A stretch of 64,000 nucleotides of DNA from Micavibrio sp. (GTDB taxonomy: Bacteria > Pseudomonadota > Alphaproteobacteria > Micavibrionales > Micavibrionaceae): assembly GCA_019634145.1 (NCBI GenBank), contig JAHQVU010000034.1:1254-65253 (forward strand), in the 5' to 3' direction. Below the pieces are notes generated by a model. That model was not told the origin of the DNA. It saw only the letters and a program-made list of their open reading frames with translations, and searched no databases. Below, in pieces: positions 9,648 to 20,897 of this stretch (position 1 is its first letter; each line of letters begins with the position of its first letter). The position numbers and the translations under genes were made by a program.

Positions 9648-10297
9648 TATTTTTCCTTCTCTTTATCATCTTCATAAATTGCGTCGTTAAATATAAACTT
9701 ATCGTCGTCTAGATATTTCTTAATCTCAGATACAATATCCTGCTCACGGTCCTTTAAATCATTACGTAGGATGAAATAAGAACTCTGCAAACTTTGCTCA
9801 CCACCTTCAATCGCTATCTTATAATATGGCGGCGAGCCGTGCACTTTAGTGCCCCTTTGCGGCTCTAAAACAAAAGCTTCAACCTTGCTCCACGGAATAA
9901 AGAAGACCGGTTGGTGATTATCACGTAATTTATCTCGCGTCGGACCTTCCAAAAGAACCAAAGGGCCTTTTATACCCTTTTCATCAATTAACAAGCCATC
10001 CATCGCGCCGCGCAAATAAAGGTTTCTCTCACTCCAACAGTTTCTAATTTGCTGTAAACCAAATGCAGGAATAAAGAACAAAACGAGCGGTAAAATTTGT
10101 TTTAAGCTCGGCTGATCACTTTCATAAACACCATCATGGGAAAATTTTGTAAACGCATAGATGATAAAAATAATCCCCCCAAGCGTAGTAACAATTCCAC
10201 TAATAAGAAGTTTTAAATATTTTGATTGGGCATTGCGAACCTGGATGTACAAAAAGTCTTCATCAGACATCCTCCGCGTCCTCTTCGCCAAAAACAT
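9647..10297 (-). CDS. Hypothetical 2-TM membrane protein with a beta-rich soluble C-terminal domain
   Basis: 216 aa with two TM helices (LLISGIVTTLGGIIFIIYAF and ILPLVLFFIPAFGL). Its TAA overlaps the lpdA ATG (TAATG at 9645-9649). Candidate starts ATG 10297 and ATG 10270 both overlap the upstream gene's stop. AT-rich, about 28% G+C in a hand-counted sample. Confidence 0.6.
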   Translation of the reverse strand: MFLAKRTRRMSDEDFLYIQVRNAQSKYLKLLISGIVTTLGGIIFIIYAFTKFSHDGVYESDQPSLKQILPLVLFFIPAFGLQQIRNCWSERNLYLRGAMDGLLIDEKGIKGPLVLLEGPTRDKLRDNHQPVFFIPWSKVEAFVLEPQRGTKVHGSPPYYKIAIEGGEQSLQSSYFILRNDLKDREQDIVSEIKKYLDDDKFIFNDAIYEDDKEKEK

Positions 10298-10811
10298 CGT
10301 TCAAAAATTGCTTAACATGCTCAATAGTATCAGCACGCAGTGGCTCTTGCGGGAATTTTGCAAACGCTTCATCCGGGCCAAACATAATCATTGGCTTATC
10401 ATAAAGCAGCGCTATAGAGACTTCATTTTGCGTGCCATGCGAACCAGGCAGTATGATCAAAGCTTGAGAGCTCATCACATTGACCAAATTACGGCTATAC
10501 GGCATAGCATCGCCTTGTGCTTTTGACGACAAGGGCGTAATAATCGGCACCTCTATATGAGGATTGGGAAACTCGGCTTGAGAGAGATTTTGCCCTTTAT
10601 AATCCACAGCAGGTAAAATGCCAACGGCAACGCCAGGGCGATCTTTAACCATAGTAAATGAGCGCGCAACGGCCGTCATAACGCCGCCACCGGCACCGGT
10701 TAACAAGTTAAACCCACGACGTGCCAGCAAATCACCAACAGGGTCGGCGTAATCCTCCCACTCTTCATCGTGAGAGCCCATAACACCGACAATAGGAATC
10801 TTATTGATCAT
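10263..10811 (-). CDS. LOG / TIGR00725-like (SLOG superfamily) Rossmann-fold nucleotide-binding or nucleotide-processing protein
   Basis: 182 aa. It has TGAGGGVM (the GGGxxGxM-type motif) and MPYSRNLVNVMSSQALIILPGSHGTQNE, which matches the LOG pattern M..RK..M....a.i.lPGGxGTxxE with GG replaced by SH. Confidence 0.65.
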   Translation of the reverse strand: MINKIPIVGVMGSHDEEWEDYADPVGDLLARRGFNLLTGAGGGVMTAVARSFTMVKDRPGVAVGILPAVDYKGQNLSQAEFPNPHIEVPIITPLSSKAQGDAMPYSRNLVNVMSSQALIILPGSHGTQNEVSIALLYDKPMIMFGPDEAFAKFPQEPLRADTIEHVKQFLNDVFGEEDAEDV

Positions 10812-10969
10812 AGGTTAGCAATTATCCTTTTTAGCCTGCCCGGCTGGGAAAAAATCTCGTCTGCATCAAGCCCATCAACAGCGACCTTTCTTGGCCCTTC
10901 CTGATAGGTCATATTGCACGCTGATAATGATTATAACGCAATAAAAGAAATGGCGATAATCTTTTTCAT
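10808..10969 (-). pseudogene. Mini-lipoprotein ORF interrupted by an in-frame TAA at codon 13
   Basis: An AAGGA Shine-Dalgarno sits 8 nt before ATG 10969. The translation is MKKIIAISFIAL*SLSAC NMTYQEGPRKVAVDGLDADEIFSQPGRLKRIIANL*, with a lipobox (LSAC) in frame after the stop at 10931-10933. The terminal TGA overlaps the ATG of the next gene (ATGA at 10808-10811). Confidence 0.45.
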
Positions 10970-10985
10970 ACTGATTGTCCTTAAA

Positions 10986-12263
10986 TTAGAGCAACATTGT
11001 AACTGGGTTTTCAATATAACGCTTAAAGTGCTGCAGGAACTCCGCACCAACAGCGCCATCAACAGAGCGGTGATCAGTGGACAGTGTGACCGTCATGATG
11101 TTGCAGATTTTGATCTCGCCATTCACGACCTTTGGCATTTGCTCCCCCGCACCCACGGCTAAAATACAGCTCTGTGGTGGGTTAACAATGGCTTGAAAGT
11201 TTTTCACACCAAACATACCAAGGTTGGAAATCGAGAATGACCCACCCTGAAATTCTTCGGGCTTAAGCTTACCATCACGCGCACGCTTGGCCAGCTCTTT
11301 CATTTCAGCTGAGATCTCTTTCAGACCTTTGCTTTCCGCTTTTTTCACAATCGGCGTAATCAATCCGTTAGGTGTAGCAACAGCAATAGAAATATCGGAA
11401 TGCAAGAATTGATGAACAGCATCATCCGTCCAACTCACATTTGCAGCGGGGTATGATTTAAGCGCCATAGCAGAGGCTTTAATAATGAAATCATTAACCG
11501 AAAGCTTATACTCGCCATCTCCTGCCGCATTCATTTCCTTGCGCGCGGCAAGCAGAGCGTCGAGATTACATTCTACTGATAGATAGAAGTGCGGCACTTG
11601 CTGCTTAGACTCGGTCAAACGACGTGCAGTAACCTTTTTAATATTGTTATTCTTAATCTCTTTGTACGGCATGCCGAACATATTCAGCTTCACATCATCG
11701 CCATAGCTTTCCGCCACTGGCGCAGCAGAAGCTGAAGCGCCCGCTTTGCCCCCTGAAGACATAGATTCAACATCAGCCTTAACAATACGCCCTTTAGGAC
11801 CAGAGCCTTTGATTGATTTAAGATCCAGACCCTTTTGTGCAGCAATACGCTTGGCCAATGGCGATGCAAACACACGATCAGCCTTAGCATCAGATGGAGA
11901 TGACGCAGAAGATGTTGGCGCGGCGGCAGGCGCGGATGATGCAGCTTTCAGCTTGTCTTTTTCCGGCGCCGCATCAGCTGCGGGAGCACTAGGCGCCTCA
12001 CCAATATCATTCGCAGTTTCACCATCTTCCAGCAAGACCGCTATCACCTCATTAACCTTAACCGCTTCCGTACCTTCGGCGATTAATATCTTGCCGACAA
12101 CTCCTTCATCTACGGCTTCAACTTCCATCGTTGCCTTATCGGTTTCAATTTCAGCGATTACATCACCTGATCCAACGTTATCACCTTCTTTTACATGCCA
12201 CTTGGCAAGGTTACCCTCAGTCATCGTCGGTGACAGGGCTGGCATTGTTACATTAATCGGCAT
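10986..12263 (-). CDS. pdhC: Pyruvate dehydrogenase E2, dihydrolipoamide acetyltransferase
   Basis: 425 aa with an N-terminal lipoyl domain ([13 protein letters not shown]), an Ala/Pro-rich linker, an E3-binding segment ([13 protein letters not shown]) and the catalytic motif DHRSVDGA. Confidence 0.96.
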   Translation of the reverse strand: MPINVTMPALSPTMTEGNLAKWHVKEGDNVGSGDVIAEIETDKATMEVEAVDEGVVGKILIAEGTEAVKVNEVIAVLLEDGETANDIGEAPSAPAADAAPEKDKLKAASSAPAAAPTSSASSPSDAKADRVFASPLAKRIAAQKGLDLKSIKGSGPKGRIVKADVESMSSGGKAGASASAAPVAESYGDDVKLNMFGMPYKEIKNNNIKKVTARRLTESKQQVPHFYLSVECNLDALLAARKEMNAAGDGEYKLSVNDFIIKASAMALKSYPAANVSWTDDAVHQFLHSDISIAVATPNGLITPIVKKAESKGLKEISAEMKELAKRARDGKLKPEEFQGGSFSISNLGMFGVKNFQAIVNPPQSCILAVGAGEQMPKVVNGEIKICNIMTVTLSTDHRSVDGAVGAEFLQHFKRYIENPVTMLL

Positions 12264-12272
12264 CGTTCTTCC

Positions 12273-13706
12273 TTACTTATAACAAACTTTTTTAGCGGCT
12301 TCGACAATGTGCTCAGCCTGTGGTAGAGCCATAGCTTCCAAATTCGCAGCATATGGCAGAGGTACATCCTTAGAACATACACGCGCCAATGGCGCATCCA
12401 GATAATCAAAGGCATGTTCACCAATCAGCGCAGCAATTTCTGCTCCGATACCGGCAAACGGCCAGCCTTCTTCGGCCACCACTATGCGGTTCGTCTTTTT
12501 AATGCTCTCTAAAATCGTATGACGGTCTAACGGACGAATTGTGCGAAGGTTAATCACTTCAGCATCAATACCCTGCTCAGCCAATTCTTCGGCAGCTTTA
12601 AGTGCCTTACCGACCATGATCGAGAATGCAACAATCGTTACATCCGCTCCACTACGCTCAATCTTCGCGCGCCCGATAGGAATAACAAAATCTTCCGATG
12701 AGGGCACGTTATCGTACTTCTCCCCATAAAGCATCTCGTTTTCCAAGAAAACAACAGGGTTTGGATCACGGATTGCGGCTTTCATAAGGCCTTTTGCATC
12801 TGCGGCGCTCCATGGGGAAACAACCTTCAAGCCCGGCACATGTGCGTACCAGCTGGCGTAACACTGCGAGTGCTGTGCCCCGACACGAGATGCTGCACCA
12901 TTTGGCCCACGGAACACAATCGGACAACCAAGCTGACCACCGGCCATATATAGCGTTTTTGCTGCAGAGTTGATAATATGGTCAATAGCCTGCATCCCGA
13001 AATTCCAAGTCATAAACTCGACAATCGGCTTAAGGCCGTTCATCGCAGAACCGACAGCAATCCCTGCAAAACCGTGCTCGGTAATTGGAGTGTCAATCAC
13101 ACGCTCCGCACCAAATTCCTCCAGCATCCCCTGTGAACATTTATAAGCGCCCTGATATTCGGCAACCTCCTCGCCCATCAAATATACGCGCTCATCTTTA
13201 CGCATTTCCTCAGCCATCGCATCACGCAAAGCCTCACGCACAGTCGCTTCATACATATCGGTAAAGCTGGCCTCGTCAAATGGTGGTGGTTCGATTATAA
13301 CACCTTGGTGGTAGAGGATATCGCGATCTTCTACATGCGCACCAGCGGGTTGTTCAGCTTCACCTGCCACCCCGAGCGAAGTCGAAGGATCTTTTGCTGT
13401 TTGAGATTCTTCCACTGCGCTGCTAGCAGCAGCTTCTGTCGGAATAACATCATTGGCTGTTTCACCGTCTTCTAGCAAAACCGCAATAACCTCATTGACC
13501 TTCACACCCTCAGTCCCTTCGGAAATTAGGATCTTGCCAAGGGTACCTTCATCGACAGCTTCGACTTCCATCGTGGCTTTATCAGTTTCGATCTCGGCAA
13601 TCACATCACCCGCTTCAACAGCATCGCCCTCGGCCTTTAGCCACTTAGCGAGATTTCCCTCAGTCATTGTCGGCGACAACGCCGGCATTAAAATATTCGT
13701 TGGCAT
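12273..13706 (-). CDS. pdhB: Pyruvate dehydrogenase E1 beta subunit carrying an N-terminal lipoyl domain
   Basis: 477 aa. The first ~80 aa form a lipoyl domain ([16 protein letters not shown]...[17 protein letters not shown]). The rest is a typical transketolase-like E1 beta ([16 protein letters not shown]). Confidence 0.96.
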   Translation of the reverse strand: MPTNILMPALSPTMTEGNLAKWLKAEGDAVEAGDVIAEIETDKATMEVEAVDEGTLGKILISEGTEGVKVNEVIAVLLEDGETANDVIPTEAAASSAVEESQTAKDPSTSLGVAGEAEQPAGAHVEDRDILYHQGVIIEPPPFDEASFTDMYEATVREALRDAMAEEMRKDERVYLMGEEVAEYQGAYKCSQGMLEEFGAERVIDTPITEHGFAGIAVGSAMNGLKPIVEFMTWNFGMQAIDHIINSAAKTLYMAGGQLGCPIVFRGPNGAASRVGAQHSQCYASWYAHVPGLKVVSPWSAADAKGLMKAAIRDPNPVVFLENEMLYGEKYDNVPSSEDFVIPIGRAKIERSGADVTIVAFSIMVGKALKAAEELAEQGIDAEVINLRTIRPLDRHTILESIKKTNRIVVAEEGWPFAGIGAEIAALIGEHAFDYLDAPLARVCSKDVPLPYAANLEAMALPQAEHIVEAAKKVCYK

Positions 13707-13709
13707 CTC

Positions 13710-14774
13710 TTATGCTTCCTCACTTACTAGAATATCGGTCCACAGCTCTTTCCGATCAGGCTCAGGGCTCTCCTGCGCAAACTCTGCCGCCTCTTTTACG
13801 ATTTGCTTGATCTCTTTATCAATCTCTTTAAGCGCAGCTTCTTCAACACCTTTTTCCTGCAACATATCTTTTACTGCAGTGATAGGGTCGCGTTCTTCCT
13901 TAAATGATGCAACCTCTTCTTTCGTACGATATTTCGCCGGATCAGACATAGAGTGACCGCGATAACGATAGGTCAAAACCTCAAGAATATAAGGGCCATT
14001 ACCGGAGCGGATATAATCCAGCGCCTGACGTGCGGCGACTTCAACCTCAAACACATCCATACCATCTATTTGCTCACCCGGAATGCCATAACCTTCACCG
14101 CGGCGATATAAAGTCCCCGCAGATGAGCGCTTTACAGATGTACCCATACCATATTGGTTGTTTTCAATAACAAAGAGAACCGGCAAATCCCATAACGCCG
14201 CCATATTGTAGCATTCAGCGACTTGACCTTGATTAGATGCACCATCGCCCATATAAGCCACAGCCACACCGCCATCTTTGGTGTATTTATGCGCAAAGCC
14301 CAGCCCTGCACCAATCGCAGTTCCGGCGCCCACAATACCGTGCCCACCAAAGAAACGCTTTTCCTTAGAGAACATATGCATAGAGCCGCCTTTACCGCGT
14401 GAATATCCACCCTCGCGCCCTGTCAGCTCGGCCATAATGCCCTTAGGGTCCATATCACACGCCAGCATGTGCGCATGGTCGCGGTAGCTGGTTACAACGG
14501 TATCTTTGGTGTTATCTTGCGCCGCCGTGATCCCTGTCACTACAGCTTCCTGCCCGATATAAAGGTGACAGAAACCTCCGATCAAACCCATACCATAGAG
14601 CTGCCCAGCCTTCTCTTCAAAGCGACGGATAAGCAACATATCACGATAATATTTCTTGAGCACCTCAATGCCGGGCTCAGGGTTGCTATTAGAGACCGAT
14701 TTAGAATCGGCAGCTTTACCCTTTATATTTTTTGATGTTTTCTTCTTAGCAGAGGCCACAATTCTCTCCCTCAT
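13710..14774 (-). CDS. pdhA: Pyruvate dehydrogenase E1 alpha subunit
   Basis: It has the ThDP-binding region GDGASNQGQ and the YRYRGHSMSDP motif. The start is uncertain: TTG 14786 (track), ATG 14774, or GTG 14759 preceded by GGGAGAG. Confidence 0.93.
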   Translation of the reverse strand: MRERIVASAKKKTSKNIKGKAADSKSVSNSNPEPGIEVLKKYYRDMLLIRRFEEKAGQLYGMGLIGGFCHLYIGQEAVVTGITAAQDNTKDTVVTSYRDHAHMLACDMDPKGIMAELTGREGGYSRGKGGSMHMFSKEKRFFGGHGIVGAGTAIGAGLGFAHKYTKDGGVAVAYMGDGASNQGQVAECYNMAALWDLPVLFVIENNQYGMGTSVKRSSAGTLYRRGEGYGIPGEQIDGMDVFEVEVAARQALDYIRSGNGPYILEVLTYRYRGHSMSDPAKYRTKEEVASFKEERDPITAVKDMLQEKGVEEAALKEIDKEIKQIVKEAAEFAQESPEPDRKELWTDILVSEEA

Positions 14775-14896
14775 TTCACGTTTCAAGAAGCAGTTCTACA
14801 CCATTTAAAATTAGCATTCCAGTCAAAAAACACATTTTGTGCACTGCAAAACGTTGAAATTTAAGGAAAAAATAAAACTAGGAACTTTTTTGTAAT

Positions 14897-15208
14897 TTAA
14901 TGTCTCAAAATTGCATATTCATCGGAATATTTGTACCCTAATGTAGCACGCACCCGCTCTTCCAGCAGGTCTTTATCAACGTGACCGGGGCGAAGCATGG
15001 CAACCTTTTGCTCAAGCCGCCCTTTTTTCTCATTCAAATTGTCGCTCTCAATAGACAATGTTTCAACCTGAGACGTTAAGGACATATAAGAGAATATACC
15101 ACGACTCCCTTGAAGGGCATGAAACCCGAAATACAGGACTAGACACACCCCAAGGAAAGCCCCCAGATTGCCCCTCAAACATCCATGATTCCGATAAAGT
15201 TCGCTCAT
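14897..15208 (-). CDS. ftsB: Septum formation initiator FtsB/DivIC family protein
   Basis: 103 aa with one TM helix followed by a coiled coil (LNEKKGRLEQKVAML). It sits between eno and pdhA. Confidence 0.8.
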   Translation of the reverse strand: MSELYRNHGCLRGNLGAFLGVCLVLYFGFHALQGSRGIFSYMSLTSQVETLSIESDNLNEKKGRLEQKVAMLRPGHVDKDLLEERVRATLGYKYSDEYAILRH

Positions 15209-15333
15209 ACCCTTAGTGAATCATATTCAGGCCCTGTGGACAAGTGAAAAAAAGCCTTAGATTCAATGGATTAATGAGAACACTTAAGGAACATTAGCAA
15301 TAAGTGATTCAAATGATTCAAGTTTTCCAAAGG

Positions 15334-15362
15334 TAAAAAAATAGCGGAATTTCTCCCGCTAT
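15334..15362 (-). terminator. Rho-independent terminator after eno
   Basis: The 7-bp stem is atagcgg (15341-15347) / ccgctat (15356-15362) with an 8-nt loop. On the minus strand it is followed by a T-run (plus-strand A-run 15335-15340). Confidence 0.6.
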
Positions 15363-15405
15363 CATTTCAAATACTAAAAACCAGCATTACACCCCTTTTT
15401 TTCGC

Positions 15406-16743
<1,338 letters not shown>

Positions 16744-16782
16744 TTAAAATAAAAATAAAGAGCCTAAAACCAAGTTTTAAGC
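16744..16782 (-). terminator. Rho-independent terminator after kdsA
   Basis: On the minus strand, GCTTAAAAC-TTG-GTTTTAGGC forms a 9-bp stem with one G-U pair, followed by TCTTTATTTTTATTTT. Confidence 0.65.
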
Positions 16783-16792
16783 CCTTTATGTG

Positions 16793-17611
16793 TTAACCTT
16801 TGGCAATTGCGTCCAGCTTTTTAAGCGTCGCCAAAATCGGCTCCAGCTCAGCCAACTTCACCATATTCGGCCCATCGGACGGTGCATTATCTGGATCTTG
16901 GTGCACTTCCATGAACACACCAGCAACGCCCACAGCCACCGCCGCCCGCGCAATAACCGGAACCATAGTACGATCACCACCAGATGAAGTGCCCTGCCCG
17001 CCCGGCTGCTGCACCGAATGCGTCGCATCAATCACGACCGGATAGCCCGTCTGCGCCATGATCGGCAAACCGCGCATATCAGAAACCAATGTGTTGTACC
17101 CGAAAGACGTACCGCGATCTGTCAGCAAGATATTGTCGTTGCCGCTCTCAGATATCTTCGCCGCCACATTTTTCATGTCCCAAGGAGCGAGGAACTGCCC
17201 CTTCTTCACATTAATCACCGCGCCAGTTTTGGCGGCAGCAACCAACAAATCTGTCTGGCGGCACAAAAACGCAGGGATCTGCAAAACATCACAAACCTCC
17301 GCCGCCTCGACACACTGCGCTTCCGTGTGAATATCAGTAATCACTGGAACATCGAACTCTTTCTTGATGTCCGCAAACACTGCCATAGTCTTATCCATGC
17401 CCATCCCGCGCTTACCATGCAAGGACGTACGGTTGGCTTTATCGAATGAGGATTTATAGATCAAAGCTATACCAAGCTTGTCAGCAATCTCCTTAATCCC
17501 TCCACACATATCAAATGCGTGCTCGCGGCTTTCCATCTGACACGGCCCCGCGATCAGGGCAAAAGGCTTGTTATTGGCAATTTCAATATTCTGGACTGTA
17601 ATTGTTTTCAT
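16793..17611 (-). CDS. kdsA: 2-dehydro-3-deoxyphosphooctonate aldolase (KDO8P synthase)
   Basis: 272 aa ([31 protein letters not shown]). Confidence 0.96.
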   Translation of the reverse strand: MKTITVQNIEIANNKPFALIAGPCQMESREHAFDMCGGIKEIADKLGIALIYKSSFDKANRTSLHGKRGMGMDKTMAVFADIKKEFDVPVITDIHTEAQCVEAAEVCDVLQIPAFLCRQTDLLVAAAKTGAVINVKKGQFLAPWDMKNVAAKISESGNDNILLTDRGTSFGYNTLVSDMRGLPIMAQTGYPVVIDATHSVQQPGGQGTSSGGDRTMVPVIARAAVAVGVAGVFMEVHQDPDNAPSDGPNMVKLAELEPILATLKKLDAIAKG

Positions 17612-17656
17612 GGGCGGAGATTATCTGATTTAAGAACCAATGAAAAGAGAATTTAC

Positions 17657-17893
17657 TTACATTTCATTTGATGGCGCGCAGTGAAGGGAGCTGCCAAGAA
17701 ACAAAACATGATCCAAATTCACACGATCCATTTTAAATGCGACAATAAAGGACATAAAAGCCTGCATCAGACCATCAAGCCTTTTAAAATCCTCATTCCA
17801 TAGTGCGATTCGAGGAAATAAATAGTTAAAGCCTTCGCACTTACCGAAAGGGGCAGAAAGGATCATACACAAGAATGTGAATATATACCGCAT
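17657..17893 (-). CDS. Hypothetical small protein (weak call)
   Basis: 78-aa ORF with an ATG start and a hydrophobic N-terminus, in the pyrG-kdsA spacer. No Shine-Dalgarno is visible and the sequence is AT-rich. Confidence 0.25.
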   Translation of the reverse strand: MRYIFTFLCMILSAPFGKCEGFNYLFPRIALWNEDFKRLDGLMQAFMSFIVAFKMDRVNLDHVLFLGSSLHCAPSNEM

Positions 17894-17941
17894 ATAGAAG
17901 CACTTATATGATCTAAGAAAAATTCTAATACACGACAGGCT

Positions 17942-19976
<2,035 letters not shown>

Positions 19977-19996
19977 GAGGGAGCTTTCTAATATAT

Positions 19997-20752
19997 TCAG
20001 GCTGCCTTCGCAATACTTAAAAACGATTCCGCTTTCAAGCTTGCACCACCAATTAATCCACCATCAATATTTTTGCAAGCCAGCAATTCTTCCGCATTCT
20101 CAGGCTTCATTGACCCTCCATACAAAATACGCACCTTTGATGCGTCCTGAACATAAGCCTTCAAAGTACCACGAATAAAAGCGTGCATATCTTCTGCATC
20201 TTGCGCGCTGGCGGTTTTTCCGGTGCCAATTGCCCAAACTGGCTCATAAGCAATCACGATCTCTTGAAAATCTTTTATTTCACTTGGCAAGCTTCCACGC
20301 ATCTGTTCACCGACAACTTCTTTGGCTTTACCAGCCTCACGCTCTTCCAGAGTTTCACCAACGCATATGATAGGCACCATATCTTTCGCTAGGATCGCTG
20401 AAGCCTTCGCCGCCACATCAGCATCAGTTTCATCATGATACTGCCTGCGCTCCGAATGCCCGACAATCACATAGCCACAACCCGCATCATTAAGCATCTC
20501 AACCGATATATCGCCTGTATATGCGCCACTTTCCTGCGCCGAAACATCCTGCGCCCCGAAATGCATATCAGGAAAACCGAACAAAGCATGACGCACATCA
20601 CCTATATGAAGCATAGGCGGACAAACCAGAATTTCAACTTTATCCAAAATAGATTGATTTTCATGCAACCCATTAATGATGTCGGCAATCAAAGCCCGCG
20701 CCTGGGACTTGTTCCCGTTCATTTTCCAGTTACCGGCAATAAGCTTTTTCAT
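19997..20752 (-). CDS. tpiA: Triosephosphate isomerase
   Basis: Motifs AGNWKMNG, VGHSERR and AYEPVWAIGTG. ATG 20752 (MKKLIAGNWKMNG) is preferred over the track's GTG at 20764. Confidence 0.95.
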   Translation of the reverse strand: MKKLIAGNWKMNGNKSQARALIADIINGLHENQSILDKVEILVCPPMLHIGDVRHALFGFPDMHFGAQDVSAQESGAYTGDISVEMLNDAGCGYVIVGHSERRQYHDETDADVAAKASAILAKDMVPIICVGETLEEREAGKAKEVVGEQMRGSLPSEIKDFQEIVIAYEPVWAIGTGKTASAQDAEDMHAFIRGTLKAYVQDASKVRILYGGSMKPENAEELLACKNIDGGLIGGASLKAESFLSIAKAA

Positions 20753-20897
20753 TGTATATAACACCCTTTTCTTGAACTAGAGAGTTGCCCCCTAAATATC
20801 ACTTGCCTATAGTGCATTGTCGAAATTGCTAAAATCAAGGGAAAACCCTGATTTATTAAGAGCTAAAACTATATATTTTATTAAGGACGATTAAATC

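Noticed and set aside
9647-10297. Assigning the 216-aa 2-TM protein to the SLATT (SMODS/SLOG-associated 2-TM effector) family.
   Set aside because: Only the architecture (2 TM next to a SLOG-fold gene) fits. The large beta-rich C-terminal domain is not what I expect of the small all-helical SLATT modules, and I cannot run a profile search. It stays a hypothesis in the findings and is not a feature call.
10914-11162. An 82-aa plus-strand ORF spanning the pdhC 3' end and the pdhC-LOG spacer.
   Set aside because: It overlaps the pdhC coding end and runs antisense to the SD-preceded lipoprotein-like ORF. It has no SD and no recognisable features.
14787-14896. The imperfect palindrome ttttgtgcactgcaaaa upstream of pdhA, considered as a PdhR-type operator, and promoter hexamers for the pdh operon.
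   Set aside because: It does not match the PdhR/GntR half-site pattern I know (AATTGGT...ACCAATT). The candidate -35/-10 pairs have poor spacing. No call can be supported without a comparative alignment.
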